A stretch of 64,000 nt of DNA. Source: Hyphomicrobiaceae bacterium. GTDB lineage: Bacteria > Pseudomonadota > Alphaproteobacteria > Rhizobiales > Hyphomicrobiaceae. The position numbers and the translations under genes were made by a program. Below, piece by piece: positions 49,175 to 59,604 of this stretch. Within the stretch, counting starts at the first letter, position 1, and each line of letters opens with the position of its first letter. The stretch spans positions 980,017 through 1,044,016 of the forward strand of contig CBDCYD010000016.1 of NCBI GenBank assembly GCA_965224045.1, written 5' to 3'. Below the pieces are notes generated by a model. That model was not told the DNA's origin, did no database searches, and was given only the letters and a program-made list of their open reading frames with translations.

Positions 49175-50542
49175 ATGCAAACCAATTTCACGCCCGAACA
49201 ATTGCAGGACCCGCGCATTGCCGATGTCGACCGCATTTTGCGCCGGTGCGTGCACTGTGGGCTGTGCACTGCGACCTGTTCGACCTACGTGCTGCTCGGC
49301 GATGAGCGAGACAGCCCGCGCGGCCGCATCTACCTGATGAAGGATATGTTCGAGCAGGACCGCGGCACGACGCCTGAAGTGCAGCATCATGTCGACCGCT
49401 GCCTGTCGTGCTTGTCGTGCATGACGACGTGTCCCGGTGGCGTCGACTACATGCACCTTGTCGACCATGCCCGCGCCTATATTCATGAACATGGCAAGCG
49501 GCCGTGGCGGGAGCGGATCGTGCGCGCGCTTCTGGCGGCCGTCGTGCCCTATCCGCGCCGGTTCGGATGGGCGCTTCGGGCGGCGCCGCTGGGGCGGCCG
49601 TTCCTTGGCACGATGCGCGCACTCGGCTTCGAACAGCTGGCCGCGATGGTTGAGCTGGCGCCGAATGAATTTCAGCGCAGCAGCAAATATGACGGGCCGG
49701 GAACGGCGGAGAGCAAGCTGAAGCGCCAGGCACGCGTGCTGATGCTGCCGGGATGTGCACAACAGGTGCTGCGGCCCGAAATCAATGATGCCACGATCCG
49801 CCTGCTGGCCCGGCGCGGGGTCGACGTCGAGGTCTCGGCCGGGGTCGGGTGTTGCGGCGCGCTGGTGCATCACATGGGACCCGAAAAACGCGCGATGGAT
49901 TTCGCCAAGCGCAACGTCGATTCCTGGTGGAAGTCGATGCAGCGCGAACCGGTTGATGCGGTTATCGTCAACGCCTCGGGGTGCGGCACGACGGTCAAAG
50001 ACTACGCCCACATGCTGAAGGGCGTCGATGACTATGCAGAACGCGCCCAGGCGATTGTCGACAAGGCGATGGACGTGACCGAGTTTCTGACCTCGCATGA
50101 TCTCGGGCCGCCAATGCGCTGGTCCTCACTCAAGGTCGCCTACCATTCAGCCTGCTCGATGCAACACGGACAGCGGATCACCGATGAGCCGAAGGCGCTG
50201 TTGCGCAAGGCAGGGTTCACGGTCGTCGATGTTCCGGAAGGGCACATCTGCTGCGGCTCTGCCGGGACCTACAACATCATGCAGCCGGAGATCGCCAACG
50301 ATCTGCGCGACCGCAAGGCACAGAATATTCGCAGCGTCAAACCTGACCTGGTTGCGGCCGGCAACATCGGCTGCATCACGCATCTTGCCGGCGGCATGGA
50401 GTTCCCGATCGTGCACACGGTCGAGCTGCTGGACTGGGCGTACGGCGGGCCGGTGCCGCGCGGATTGGAGGCGCTCAAATCGTTCATCAACGATGTTCCG
50501 ATCCCGCCCGGCCGAACGGCCGAAGACTACATTGACGTCTGA
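49175..50542 (+). CDS. glcF: Glycolate oxidase iron-sulfur subunit GlcF
   Basis: Two 4Fe-4S motifs (CVHCGLCTATCSTY and CLSCLSCMTTCPGGV) and two CCG domains (GCCG, ICCGSAGTY). Confidence 0.92.
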   Translation: MQTNFTPEQLQDPRIADVDRILRRCVHCGLCTATCSTYVLLGDERDSPRGRIYLMKDMFEQDRGTTPEVQHHVDRCLSCLSCMTTCPGGVDYMHLVDHARAYIHEHGKRPWRERIVRALLAAVVPYPRRFGWALRAAPLGRPFLGTMRALGFEQLAAMVELAPNEFQRSSKYDGPGTAESKLKRQARVLMLPGCAQQVLRPEINDATIRLLARRGVDVEVSAGVGCCGALVHHMGPEKRAMDFAKRNVDSWWKSMQREPVDAVIVNASGCGTTVKDYAHMLKGVDDYAERAQAIVDKAMDVTEFLTSHDLGPPMRWSSLKVAYHSACSMQHGQRITDEPKALLRKAGFTVVDVPEGHICCGSAGTYNIMQPEIANDLRDRKAQNIRSVKPDLVAAGNIGCITHLAGGMEFPIVHTVELLDWAYGGPVPRGLEALKSFINDVPIPPGRTAEDYIDV

Positions 50543-50549
50543 CGTTGCG

Positions 50550-51800
50550 ATGCAGTTGGTCCTTCCGGATTTCGGTGCGGTGCTGCTGATCGCCGCGAGC
50601 GCAGCAGATGTCGGTTTGCTGGCCGATCGCCTGTTTGCGCGCGAAGACGTGGTCGATGCAACGGACCACGGCCGTATCGAGCAGCGTCTGCGGGCGCGTG
50701 AACTTGTGGTGATCCGTGCGCTCTCAAGCGATCGCGCGGCGCGCGACGGCGTCGTTGAGGTCGCGGCGCGGTGCTTTGCCGGGGTCGTTGCGATCGTGCT
50801 TGGTGCGCCGCTTGCAAGCGGCAAAAAAGTTTCGCCAACTGCGCGCGGGTGTCAGACAGCCGGTGTATCCGTGGGACAGCTCAGATGCGAACTGGCGGAC
50901 TTGGCCGGTGCCGGCTTTCGTGACGTTCATCTGGTGCCGCGGGCCGCGTTGGCGCGTGCCAGATTGGTTCCAACGCCACTTGCTTGCGACCGGCGGGAAC
51001 TGGCGGGACCGTTCGACATCATCGGCGATGTTCACGGCTGTCGCGATGAGCTGGTCGCCCTGCTCGACCGGCTCGGGTATGGCGTGTCGATCAAGGGCAA
51101 AGGCGCGCGACGCCGTGCGACGGTGACGGCACCGCCCGGACGGCGCGCCATTTTCGTCGGCGATCTCGTCGACCGCGGCCCGGCGGCGCCGGACGTATTG
51201 CGTATCGTGATGGGGATGGTTGCGGACGGCAGCGGCCTGGCGGTGCTCGGCAACCACGATTCCAAGTTCATGCGGTGGTTGCAGGGGCGCAATGTGGCGC
51301 TCAATCACGGGCTCGAGAAAACCGTGGCGCAAATGCGCCAGGAGCCCGATGGGCTGCGTGGCGACGTGCGCCAGTTCCTCGAGGCACTGCCCTACCAGCT
51401 GTGGCTCGATGGCGGCCGGTTGCTGGTTGTCCACGCGGGCGTGCGGGCGGATATGATCGGGCGCCAGGGGGCGGGCGTGCGCGATTTCTGCGTCTTCGGC
51501 GACCGCAGTGGCAAAAAGGATGCCCAGGGGCTGCCTGAACGCTATCACTGGGCGCTTGATTATGGGGATGAGACAGCGGTGATCTACGGGCATACGCCGG
51601 TTGCGCGGGCGGACTGGGTTAACGCCACGCTTTGCATTGACACCGGGTGCGTGTTCGGCGGCTCGTTGACGGCTTTCAGGTGGCCGGAAATGGAGATTGT
51701 CGCCGTACCCGCCAAGCGGGCCTATGCAAAGCGTTTGCGGGCGTTTGGACACCCGCCGCCGCGGCCCAAGGCGGCGGATGGCGCCGGGGTTGAGACCTAG
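50550..51800 (+). CDS. Calcineurin-like metallophosphoesterase (PrpE / Pnkp-phosphatase-like) with a degenerate kinase-like N-terminal domain
   Basis: The C-terminal half has GDVHGC, GDLVDRGP, GNHD and GHTP metallophosphatase motifs. The N-terminal ~170 aa aligns in position with a P-loop kinase domain but reads LLIAASAADVG instead of GxxxxGK(S/T). The ATG at 50550 lies 8 nt after the glcF stop. Confidence 0.7.
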   Translation: MQLVLPDFGAVLLIAASAADVGLLADRLFAREDVVDATDHGRIEQRLRARELVVIRALSSDRAARDGVVEVAARCFAGVVAIVLGAPLASGKKVSPTARGCQTAGVSVGQLRCELADLAGAGFRDVHLVPRAALARARLVPTPLACDRRELAGPFDIIGDVHGCRDELVALLDRLGYGVSIKGKGARRRATVTAPPGRRAIFVGDLVDRGPAAPDVLRIVMGMVADGSGLAVLGNHDSKFMRWLQGRNVALNHGLEKTVAQMRQEPDGLRGDVRQFLEALPYQLWLDGGRLLVVHAGVRADMIGRQGAGVRDFCVFGDRSGKKDAQGLPERYHWALDYGDETAVIYGHTPVARADWVNATLCIDTGCVFGGSLTAFRWPEMEIVAVPAKRAYAKRLRAFGHPPPRPKAADGAGVET

Positions 51801-51930
51801 CACCGCGGCGCCGTCGCCGGCGACCCGGGTTTACGTCCCTAGCGTTCGCGGGTTTTCGCTGTAGGTGCATTGAATTATAAGGCGGCAAGAACGTGGCCCG
51901 TCGAAAAACAACGCGGACGATCCGGACATC

Positions 51931-53433
51931 ATGGCAAAGAAACAAAAAGTAAGGCGGCCGGCCGCCAGGCTGCCGAAAGGTTTCCGCGATATCGGTGCGG
52001 CCGAACTCCGGCGCACGCAGCGCATGCTGGCAACAATCGGCGCGGTCTACGAGTCCTACGGGTTCGAGCCGCTGGAAACGCCGGCGTTCGAGTATACCGA
52101 TGCTCTCGGCAAATTCCTGCCGGACACAGATCGACCCAACGAAGGCGTGTTTTCACTGCAGGATGAAGACGAGCAGTGGATGTCGCTGCGCTACGATATG
52201 ACGGCACCGCTGGCGCGCCACGTTGCAGAAAACTATCAACATCTCGCAAAGCCGTTCCGGCGCTATACGTCGGGCCCGGTTTGGCGCAACGAAAAACCGG
52301 GTCCGGGACGCTTTCGTCAATTTACGCAATTCGATGCCGACACCGTCGGGACCGAGAACGTCGCCGCCGATGCCGAGATCTGCATGCTCGCCGCCGATAC
52401 GATGGAGCGCCTCGGGTTTGCGCGAGGTGAATATGCCATCCGGGTCAACAACCGCAAGATTCTGGACGGCGTGCTCGAGGGCATGGGCATCGACCCGGAC
52501 AGCGCGGAGCAGGCCGGACGGCGTCTGATCGTGCTGAGGGCGCTCGACAAGCTCGACCGGCTCGGGGTCGATGGTGTGCGCGCGTTGCTCGGGCCCGGCC
52601 GCAAGGATGAGTCCGGTGATTTTACGGACGGTGCCGGGCTCGGCGATGACACCATCGAAATCGCAATTCGTTTTCTCGAAAGCGGGCACGAGAGCCGCGG
52701 TGCAACGATCGATGCGCTGCAGAAACTGGTCGGTAGCAGCATACGCGGAGGTGAGGGCATCACTGAATTGCGCGGCATGGATGACCTGTTGCGGGCAGCG
52801 GGTTTTGCAGAGGACCGCGTGGTCGTCGATCCCTCGGTGGTGCGTGGGCTCGACTATTACACGGGGCCCGTGTTCGAGGCGGAACTGATGTTCGAGGTGC
52901 GCAACGAGGATGGCGACATCGTCCGTTTCGGGTCAGTTGGCGGCGGTGGGCGGTATGACGACCTGGTTGCGCGTTTCACCGGCCAGCGGGTGCCGGCCAC
53001 CGGGTTTTCGCTCGGGGTGTCGCGATTGCAGTCGGCACTGGCGCTGCGCGAGGCCGGCAAAGGTGAAGCGGTTGCGGGGCCGGTGGTTGTGCTGGTGATG
53101 GATCGCGGAGAACAGGCTCGGTATCAAGACATGGTGCAGAAGCTGCGCGCCGCCGGGATCCGGGCGGAAATGTATCTCGGCACGTCGGGCATGAAGGCGC
53201 AGATGAAATACGCGGACAAGCGCGGTGCACCGTGCGTCGTCATACAGGGCGGGGATGAACGTGCGGCAGGCGAGGTGCAGATCAAGGACCTCATCGAAGG
53301 AGCGCGACTGTCCGAAAGCATCGCGGACGCCAAGGAATGGCGCGAGGCGCGTCCGGCGCAGTTTTCCGTGCCCGAGGACGAGCTTGTCACGGCCGTGGCG
53401 CACGTCCTCGACCGCTACCGTCAGACGGTATAG
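51931..53433 (+). CDS. hisS: Histidine-tRNA ligase
   Basis: Class II aaRS motifs ([37 protein letters not shown]) and a C-terminal anticodon-binding domain. Confidence 0.93.
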   Translation: MAKKQKVRRPAARLPKGFRDIGAAELRRTQRMLATIGAVYESYGFEPLETPAFEYTDALGKFLPDTDRPNEGVFSLQDEDEQWMSLRYDMTAPLARHVAENYQHLAKPFRRYTSGPVWRNEKPGPGRFRQFTQFDADTVGTENVAADAEICMLAADTMERLGFARGEYAIRVNNRKILDGVLEGMGIDPDSAEQAGRRLIVLRALDKLDRLGVDGVRALLGPGRKDESGDFTDGAGLGDDTIEIAIRFLESGHESRGATIDALQKLVGSSIRGGEGITELRGMDDLLRAAGFAEDRVVVDPSVVRGLDYYTGPVFEAELMFEVRNEDGDIVRFGSVGGGGRYDDLVARFTGQRVPATGFSLGVSRLQSALALREAGKGEAVAGPVVVLVMDRGEQARYQDMVQKLRAAGIRAEMYLGTSGMKAQMKYADKRGAPCVVIQGGDERAAGEVQIKDLIEGARLSESIADAKEWREARPAQFSVPEDELVTAVAHVLDRYRQTV

Positions 53434-53444
53434 GCAGTTCAACC

Positions 53445-54623
53445 ATGTCAGCCGAAACCGCGCACAAATTCCAAGCCCTAGAAGACCAGGCGCAGAGCCT
53501 GCTCAGGATCTTTGCAGCGGCAGGCTATGAGGCCGTTGCACCGTCGATCCTGCAGCCGGCGGAGATCTTTCTCGACGTCGTCGGTGAAGATCTGCGCGGG
53601 CGGACCTACGTCTTTACCGACCCGGAAGGCCAGGAGCTCTGCCTGCGCCCGGACCTGACGGTGCCGACATGCCGGCTGCACTGGGAACGGCACGGGCGGG
53701 CTGATGCCGCCGGGCGCTACTGCTACAACGGACCGGCGTTCCGCTTCCAGCCGGACGGCGGTGATACGTCCCATCCACGCGAATTCCGCCAGGCCGGAAT
53801 CGAGCATTTCGGGGCCAGCCATTACGCCGATGCCGAGGCCGAAGTGCTCTCGCTCATCCTCAAAGGGCTCGCGGAAGCCGGGCTCGATGATTACACGGTG
53901 ATGATCGGGGACCTTGGAATTTTCGAGGCCTTACTTGGCGTGCTCGAGATGCCGGCCGGCTGGCGGCAAAGGCTGAGATCCCAGTTCTGGCGGCCGGCGG
54001 CATTCCGGGCGGAGCTAGAGGAGTTGTCGTCGCGCCCGGCCGCGGTCATCGACGGGCTGCCCGACGAACTCATGCGCGCAATCCGTGGGGCCAAGCCGGA
54101 GGCCGCTCAGCAGATCGTGTTCGATTATCTCGACCGCAATGGTATCGAGCTGTTCGGTGCACGGTCGTTGTCCGAAATTGCGGAAAACCTATGCGCGGTG
54201 GCTGAGGATGCCTCGGCTGAACCGTTGGCGGCGGAGACCCGCGAACTCATCGAAAGTTATCTCGGCGTGGCGGCGCCGGCTCGCGCTGCTGGCGCGCGCC
54301 TGCGCGATCTGCTGCAGACCACGTCCTATGATCTTTCCAAGTCGCTCGATGCCTACGAGCGACGGCTGAAGGGGTTCGCCGCTGCCGGCATCGATCTTAG
54401 CAAGTTGCAGTTTTCCGCAGAGTTCGGCCGAAGTCTCGAATACTACACGGGCTTCGTGTTCGAAGTTCGGGCTCCGGGTTTCGACCAAAAGAGCCCGATT
54501 GCCGGCGGCGGGCGTTACGACAAGCTGATGCGCGTGGTGGGTGCGACCGTTGACGTGCCGGCGGTCGGTGCCATGATCCACACCGAGCGCCTGCTCAGGG
54601 CCGTGCAGGGAGAAGGCTCATGA
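53445..54623 (+). CDS. hisZ: ATP phosphoribosyltransferase regulatory subunit HisZ
   Basis: A HisRS paralogue lacking an anticodon-binding domain ([18 protein letters not shown]), located between hisS and the short-form hisG. Confidence 0.88.
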   Translation: MSAETAHKFQALEDQAQSLLRIFAAAGYEAVAPSILQPAEIFLDVVGEDLRGRTYVFTDPEGQELCLRPDLTVPTCRLHWERHGRADAAGRYCYNGPAFRFQPDGGDTSHPREFRQAGIEHFGASHYADAEAEVLSLILKGLAEAGLDDYTVMIGDLGIFEALLGVLEMPAGWRQRLRSQFWRPAAFRAELEELSSRPAAVIDGLPDELMRAIRGAKPEAAQQIVFDYLDRNGIELFGARSLSEIAENLCAVAEDASAEPLAAETRELIESYLGVAAPARAAGARLRDLLQTTSYDLSKSLDAYERRLKGFAAAGIDLSKLQFSAEFGRSLEYYTGFVFEVRAPGFDQKSPIAGGGRYDKLMRVVGATVDVPAVGAMIHTERLLRAVQGEGS

Positions 54624-55327
54624 GCGAGAAGCTACAGCTCGCCATACCGTCCAAGGGGCGGTTGATGGAGGCGAGTGTGGATTTCCTTGCCAAAGCCGGT
54701 CTCGAACTGCGCAAATCAGGCAGCGAACGCGGCTACCGTGGCGAGATCGTCGGACTGGAAGACGTCGAAGTCGCGTTCATATCAGCAGCGGAGATTGCGA
54801 ATGCGCTCAGGACCGGGCGCGTCCACCTCGGGATCACCGGCGAGGATTTGGTGCGCGAGGAAATCACCGATGCCGATGAGCGTGTGCAGTTTCTCAGCGA
54901 ACTCGGTTTTGGTCACGCCGACGTGGTTGCCGCCGTTCCGGATTGCTGGGTCGACGTGCGCCGGATGCGCGATCTCGATGCCGCTGCCCAGGCCTACAGG
55001 CGCAAGCATCAGCGGCGCATGCGGGTTGCCACGAAATATCTGAACCTGACGCGCCGCCATTTCACGCGGTTCGGGGTCAGCGACTACCGTATCGTCGAAA
55101 GCCTCGGTGCGACGGAGGGGACGCCGGCGGCCGGTACCGCGGATCTGATTGTCGACATCACCAGCACGGGGGCGACGCTGACCGCCAACGGACTGCGCAT
55201 TCTCGACGGCGATGATGGGGTCATCTTGCGCTCGCAAGCCAATCTCATCGCGTCGAAGACCGTGGCCTGGTCACCGCAGACCCGGGCCGCCGAAAACGAG
55301 CTGCTGTCGCGCTTGGGGCTCGGCTAG
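54620..55327 (+). CDS. hisG: ATP phosphoribosyltransferase, short form
   Basis: [24 protein letters not shown] and the 235-aa length. There is a 4-nt ATGA overlap with hisZ. Confidence 0.92.
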   Translation: MSEKLQLAIPSKGRLMEASVDFLAKAGLELRKSGSERGYRGEIVGLEDVEVAFISAAEIANALRTGRVHLGITGEDLVREEITDADERVQFLSELGFGHADVVAAVPDCWVDVRRMRDLDAAAQAYRRKHQRRMRVATKYLNLTRRHFTRFGVSDYRIVESLGATEGTPAAGTADLIVDITSTGATLTANGLRILDGDDGVILRSQANLIASKTVAWSPQTRAAENELLSRLGLG

Positions 55328-55580
55328 ATCAATTCCGCCTCAGGCGGACTCGCATCGCCGGCCCACTCCCCCGCCCGGCCGCCCATGCAATCGTGGTTTT
55401 GGGCGGCCGGGCGGGGGAGTGGGACGGTTCCAGCTAAACCTGAAACGCTCTAGATCAATTCCGCCTCAGGCGGACTCGCATCGCCGGCCCGCTCCCCCTC
55501 CCGACCACCCACGGCATCCTTGTATTGGGCGGTCGGGAGAGGGAGCGGGATGGTTTCAGCCAAATCAGCCAAACCTGAAA
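55324..55580. repeat. Two tandem copies (about 126 bp and 131 bp) of a REP-like palindromic intergenic element
   Basis: The units start at 55324 and 55450 with CTAGATCAATTCCGCCTCAGGCGGACTCGCATCGCCGGCC. Each has a 6-bp hairpin (TCCGCC-TCA-GGCGGA) and a 23-bp GC-rich stem (55362-55384/55401-55423 and 55488-55510/55527-55549). They lie between the convergent hisG and recQ genes. Confidence 0.85.
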
Positions 55581-55608
55581 GACCATAAGCTTTGCCGGTG
55601 CCGGGCGC

Positions 55609-57786
55609 TCAGGCGATTTCGGCCAGCAGACATTGGAGGATGCCATAGTCGTAGCGTCCGCCAAGATGGGCGTGTGCGGGGCCGAGCTTGCCAGTTTCAA
55701 GCGTATTGGTGTCTTCGAAGGCTGCGAGAATTTCCTCGATTTCGGTTTCGTCAATGGCGAGCACGGCGTGGGCTTCGACGAGGCCGGCCTCGATGGCCTC
55801 GGCGAGATGGCCGTAGACCGTATTGATTTCGAGCCCGCGCTCGGCGGCAATCGCTTCGGCATCGTTGCCATCAAGGAGCAGGGCGAGCGAGCGATTGACG
55901 GTCGCCGACAAGTGGTTTTGCAGTGCCGGTTCTCCGGCAAACTGCGCAATTACGGCGAGCAGGGCGGCGCCATAGCTGGCGATCTTCTTCGTGCCGAGGC
56001 CGGTGATGCCGGACAGCGCGTCGATCGTGTCCGGGCGCGCGGTAGCGAGTTCGCCGAGGGTGCGATCATGGCAGATGACGTAGGGCGGTACTTTAGCCTT
56101 GGCGGCGAGTTCCTTGCGCAGGCTCTTCAGGGCATCGAACAGGCCCTGGTCTTCCGGCGAGAGCTGCAACGCCGGTGTACGGGTGCGCTGGCTGCGGCTT
56201 GATTTTGCGGCGGTTGCGCGCGGCCGGCGGACTTCGACCGACTGTTCGCCACGCAAAACGGGCCGGGCGGCCTTGGTCAGCGACAGTGTTCCGTACTCCG
56301 GGTCCGGGGTCAGGTAGCCGGCAGCGACGAGTTGGCGAAACAGGCTGCGCCAGCCCTGCGTGTCGAAGTCCGAGCCGATGCCGAAAACGGAGAGCTGGTC
56401 GTGACCGTTGTCGCGAATGCGTTTGTCGGACTTGCCGCGCAGTACATCGATGACGTAGGTGACGCCGAAGCGTTGCTCAGTGCGGTAGACGGCGGACAGC
56501 GCCTTTTGTGCCGCCACGGTCCCGTCACAGGTCTCGGGCGGTGTCAGGCAGTTATCGCAGTTGCCGCAGGCGCCGTCGCGGTGTTCTCCGAAATAGGCCA
56601 GCAGTGCGCGGCGGCGGCACGACGTGCTCTCGCACAGACCGATGAACGCATCGAGGCGGCGGCGTTGGAATTGCTTGAACTCCTCGCTGCCTTCGGACTG
56701 GGCGATCCATTGGCGCTGCTGGACAAGGTCCTGCAGCCCGTAGGCCATCCACGCATTGGCCGGTTCACCGTCGCGGCCGGCGCGGCCGGTTTCCTGATAG
56801 TAGGCCTCGACCGACTTGGGCAGGTTGAGATGGGCGACGAAGCGCACGTCCGGTTTGTCGATGCCCATGCCGAAGGCGATCGTGGCAACGACGATGAGAT
56901 CGTCTTCGCGCAGGAACCGGTCCTGGACTGCGCGGCGTGTTTCCGGCGGCAATCCGGCGTGGTAGGCGAGGGCGCGCCGTCCGCGCCCGGTGAGCCAGGC
57001 AGCCGTCTCTTCGGTGGCACGCCGCGAGAGGCAATAGACGATACCTGAGTCGGAAGCGTGCTCTGCTTCGATGAACTGCCACAGGCGCTCGCGCGTGCCC
57101 ATGCTGCCGGTTTCGGCGATGGTGTAGCGGATGTTGGGACGGTCGAAGCTCGAGACGAAGCGCGCTGCCTCACCGAGTGACAACTCGCTGGCGATTTCTT
57201 CGCGCGTGCGCGGATCGGCGGTTGCGGTGAGGGCGACGCGCGGGACGTTTGGAAACTGTTCCGCGAGGATGCGCAGCTGACGGTACTCCGGGCGGAAGTC
57301 ATGGCCCCATTGCGATACACAGTGGGCTTCGTCGATGGCGAACAGAGAGATCTGGCAACGTGAGAGCAAATTCAGCGTGCGGTCCTGCACGAGGCGCTCG
57401 GGGGCAACGTAGACGATGTCGAGGGCGCCGGCGCGCAGTTCGGATTCGATTGCGGACTGCGCGTCGCGGTCGAGGCTGGAGTTGAGGTAGGCGGCGCGGA
57501 CGCCGAGCTGTTCGAGCGCATCGACCTGGTCGTGCATCAGGGCGATCAGCGGTGAGACGACGATGCCCGTGCCGCCGCGAACCAGGGCGGGTATCTGGTA
57601 GCACAGAGACTTGCCGCCGCCGGTCGGCATCAAAACCAAGGCATCCCCGCCGTTCAACACCGTTTCGATGATGGCCTGCTGCTGGCCGCGGAACGCGCGG
57701 AAGCCGAACGTGCTTTGGAGGATTTGATGGGCCTCGGTCAGGTGGGGTTCTGAAATCGGTGTTGGTTCAGAGGCAACGTGCGTCAT
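55609..57786 (-). CDS. recQ: ATP-dependent DNA helicase RecQ with a C-terminal HTH-like extension
   Basis: Helicase motifs ([32 protein letters not shown]), a zinc-binding RQC region ([12 protein letters not shown]...CGNCDNC) and an HRDC domain. About 100 extra C-terminal residues follow. Confidence 0.93.
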   Translation of the reverse strand: MTHVASEPTPISEPHLTEAHQILQSTFGFRAFRGQQQAIIETVLNGGDALVLMPTGGGKSLCYQIPALVRGGTGIVVSPLIALMHDQVDALEQLGVRAAYLNSSLDRDAQSAIESELRAGALDIVYVAPERLVQDRTLNLLSRCQISLFAIDEAHCVSQWGHDFRPEYRQLRILAEQFPNVPRVALTATADPRTREEIASELSLGEAARFVSSFDRPNIRYTIAETGSMGTRERLWQFIEAEHASDSGIVYCLSRRATEETAAWLTGRGRRALAYHAGLPPETRRAVQDRFLREDDLIVVATIAFGMGIDKPDVRFVAHLNLPKSVEAYYQETGRAGRDGEPANAWMAYGLQDLVQQRQWIAQSEGSEEFKQFQRRRLDAFIGLCESTSCRRRALLAYFGEHRDGACGNCDNCLTPPETCDGTVAAQKALSAVYRTEQRFGVTYVIDVLRGKSDKRIRDNGHDQLSVFGIGSDFDTQGWRSLFRQLVAAGYLTPDPEYGTLSLTKAARPVLRGEQSVEVRRPRATAAKSSRSQRTRTPALQLSPEDQGLFDALKSLRKELAAKAKVPPYVICHDRTLGELATARPDTIDALSGITGLGTKKIASYGAALLAVIAQFAGEPALQNHLSATVNRSLALLLDGNDAEAIAAERGLEINTVYGHLAEAIEAGLVEAHAVLAIDETEIEEILAAFEDTNTLETGKLGPAHAHLGGRYDYGILQCLLAEIA

Positions 57787-58123
57787 ACCGGATAGGCTTC
57801 CATCGCAATTGAGGGAGGGCTTTGCACCTTAGCTACCTGATTCTGCAGGTGCAGCCCGTCATCGCCATTGCCTGTGACAACAGGTGAGGCGGGCGTTGTA
57901 GGGAAACACCAATTCAGTCGTTTTTGTCCGGCCGGCTGTTAAGGAAAAGGGGGAAAATGGTAGTGTTCGCGGTGAGGAATAGTGTTCAGGGTGAGTTCAT
58001 ATTGACGGGGCTAGGGTATCGGCGAAGTTCAGGGCGTGCGGCTTTGACCTGCAACCTATTCGGGTCACCACCGCACGGCGAGGGCCGCGGAATACCTCCG
58101 CGGGGAAAGAAACGAGGCTAACG

Positions 58124-58402
58124 ATGGACCATATTCTGCGCACTGGTGCTGCGCTTGCCGCTGCAACGTTGCTTGGTATGGCGACGGCGACGACGGTTTC
58201 AGCACAGGCCAACTGTGAAACTTATGGCAAACTGGCGGTTAAGCAGTCGCAAGAGGCTGCCCAGAAAAAGTGCGGATTTACCGGGCCACGATGGAGCCTG
58301 GAACTGATTCCGCATATCACCTGGTGCGGCACCGTCGGCCCCGACCAATGGCGCAGCGAACTCAAAACGCGGGCATTGCAACTCAAGACCTGCAAAGGCT
58401 GA
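58124..58402 (+). CDS. Hypothetical small secreted protein with four cysteines
   Basis: Signal peptide (AALAAATLLGMATATTVSA), a GAGG RBS 6 nt upstream, and a good terminator downstream. No family recognised. Confidence 0.5.
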   Translation: MDHILRTGAALAAATLLGMATATTVSAQANCETYGKLAVKQSQEAAQKKCGFTGPRWSLELIPHITWCGTVGPDQWRSELKTRALQLKTCKG

Positions 58403-58474
58403 TTGGCTTTTTGCCGAGCCAGGGCGGATTATCTCCGGCCCACGGCTGAGAAACTTTCCACGAATTGGCATTGT

Positions 58475-58509
58475 CGGGCGGCCGCGCATGGCGCGGGCCG
58501 CCCTTTTTT
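58475..58509 (+). terminator. Rho-independent terminator
   Basis: CGGGCGGCCGCGC-ATG-GCGCGGGCCGCCC is a GC-rich hairpin with one bulge, followed by TTTTTT. Confidence 0.7.
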
Positions 58510-58711
58510 GCGTGGTCCGCTTCCGGTGCCATGCACAACCCGTTACAGTTGGCCGGAACGGGCCCGCACAAGGACACACCTGCCGCAGCGGGACGGGCGA
58601 TATCGCAATTTCGCCTTGTCCCTGGCCGATGTCGTAAACGCCGGCCCGTGAGAATGAACCGAGGCGTTGCGCGTCATTGGCGTGCCGACGCTCACCCGGG
58701 GGAGTATCGAC

Positions 58712-59437
58712 ATGAAGCGGCTGCTGCTGATCATCCTGTTTGCCCTCCTGGCATTCTACATCGCCTGGCCGGCGATCTCGGCCTGGCAGATCCATGGTGC
58801 GATCGAGGCGGAGGATCCGGCACGACTTGCCACAAAGGTCGACTTCCCGAGTGTCCGCGAATCGATGCGGCCGGCTGTCGAGCGCAAGATCACCGAGAAG
58901 ATCGAGGAGCTGAAATCAGGCGGCGGCAGCACTGCTGCGATCGTTGCCGGACTGGTGCGGGGCGGATTGCTGGAAAACGTGACCACGGTTGTACTGCAGA
59001 GCATCGTGACGCCGGAAAACATGATCCGGTTGGTGCGTGAGCCGGGGACACTGCCGGAAAAGATCGACCGTATCGTCAAGCGACAAATGGGTTCGGCCGG
59101 TATCGGGCAGCCGGCCGGTCGCCTCGGCAGCGGCAGCGGTGCGGTGGGCTCGATCGTGAAGAACCTCAACACGGCGAGCGGCGTGCGCGATGTCGTGAAA
59201 ACGATTGGTGGCGACAAGGCCGAGGGCAAGACCGGTTCGGTGAAAAATCGCGAGGGCGGCTCCGGCGCCCCACGGCTCGGTCTAGCCAACATCAAGAGCT
59301 TTGGTTTTGCCGGCCCGTTCGCGTTTGACATCGGGCTTGCACGTGATGCTTCGGCAGCTGCTCCCGATTTGACGGCGCGCATGGAGTTCAAGGAATTCGA
59401 CTGGAAACTCAGTCGGGTGGTGCCGCATTTGAAGTGA
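58712..59437 (+). CDS. DUF2939-like protein (N-terminal membrane anchor)
   Basis: MKRLLLIILFALLAFYIAWPAISAWQIHGAIEAEDPARLATKVDFPSVRESM resembles the DUF2939 N-terminal block. A GGGGGAG RBS lies upstream. Confidence 0.55.
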   Translation: MKRLLLIILFALLAFYIAWPAISAWQIHGAIEAEDPARLATKVDFPSVRESMRPAVERKITEKIEELKSGGGSTAAIVAGLVRGGLLENVTTVVLQSIVTPENMIRLVREPGTLPEKIDRIVKRQMGSAGIGQPAGRLGSGSGAVGSIVKNLNTASGVRDVVKTIGGDKAEGKTGSVKNREGGSGAPRLGLANIKSFGFAGPFAFDIGLARDASAAAPDLTARMEFKEFDWKLSRVVPHLK

Positions 59438-59604
59438 TCCGCGCGAAGCTCGGCAGAGATCGCTGATGCAGGTCATCGCGCAAAGAATCCGGCCGGCCGT
59501 CCAGCAGCGCTTTCCCGGCGTCATTCCGGTTGCTATGGTGACAGCGGAAAGAACCAAGATTTTCGGGGGCGCCGGCCTGCGCCCCCGCGTTCCCGGAGGA
59601 CACC

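Noticed and set aside
50097-50549. 5' extension of the metallophosphoesterase ORF overlapping glcF
   Set aside because: It overlaps the well-supported glcF coding frame. An ATG at 50550, just after the glcF stop, gives a sensible product.
55324-55580. CRISPR array
   Set aside because: There are only two units, they are directly adjacent with no spacers, they are about 126 bp long with internal palindromes, and there are no cas genes in the window.
58465-59040. 191-aa ORF overlapping the terminator and the DUF2939 gene
   Set aside because: It is out of frame with the DUF2939-like gene, which has an RBS and a membrane anchor. The ORF also spans an intrinsic terminator.
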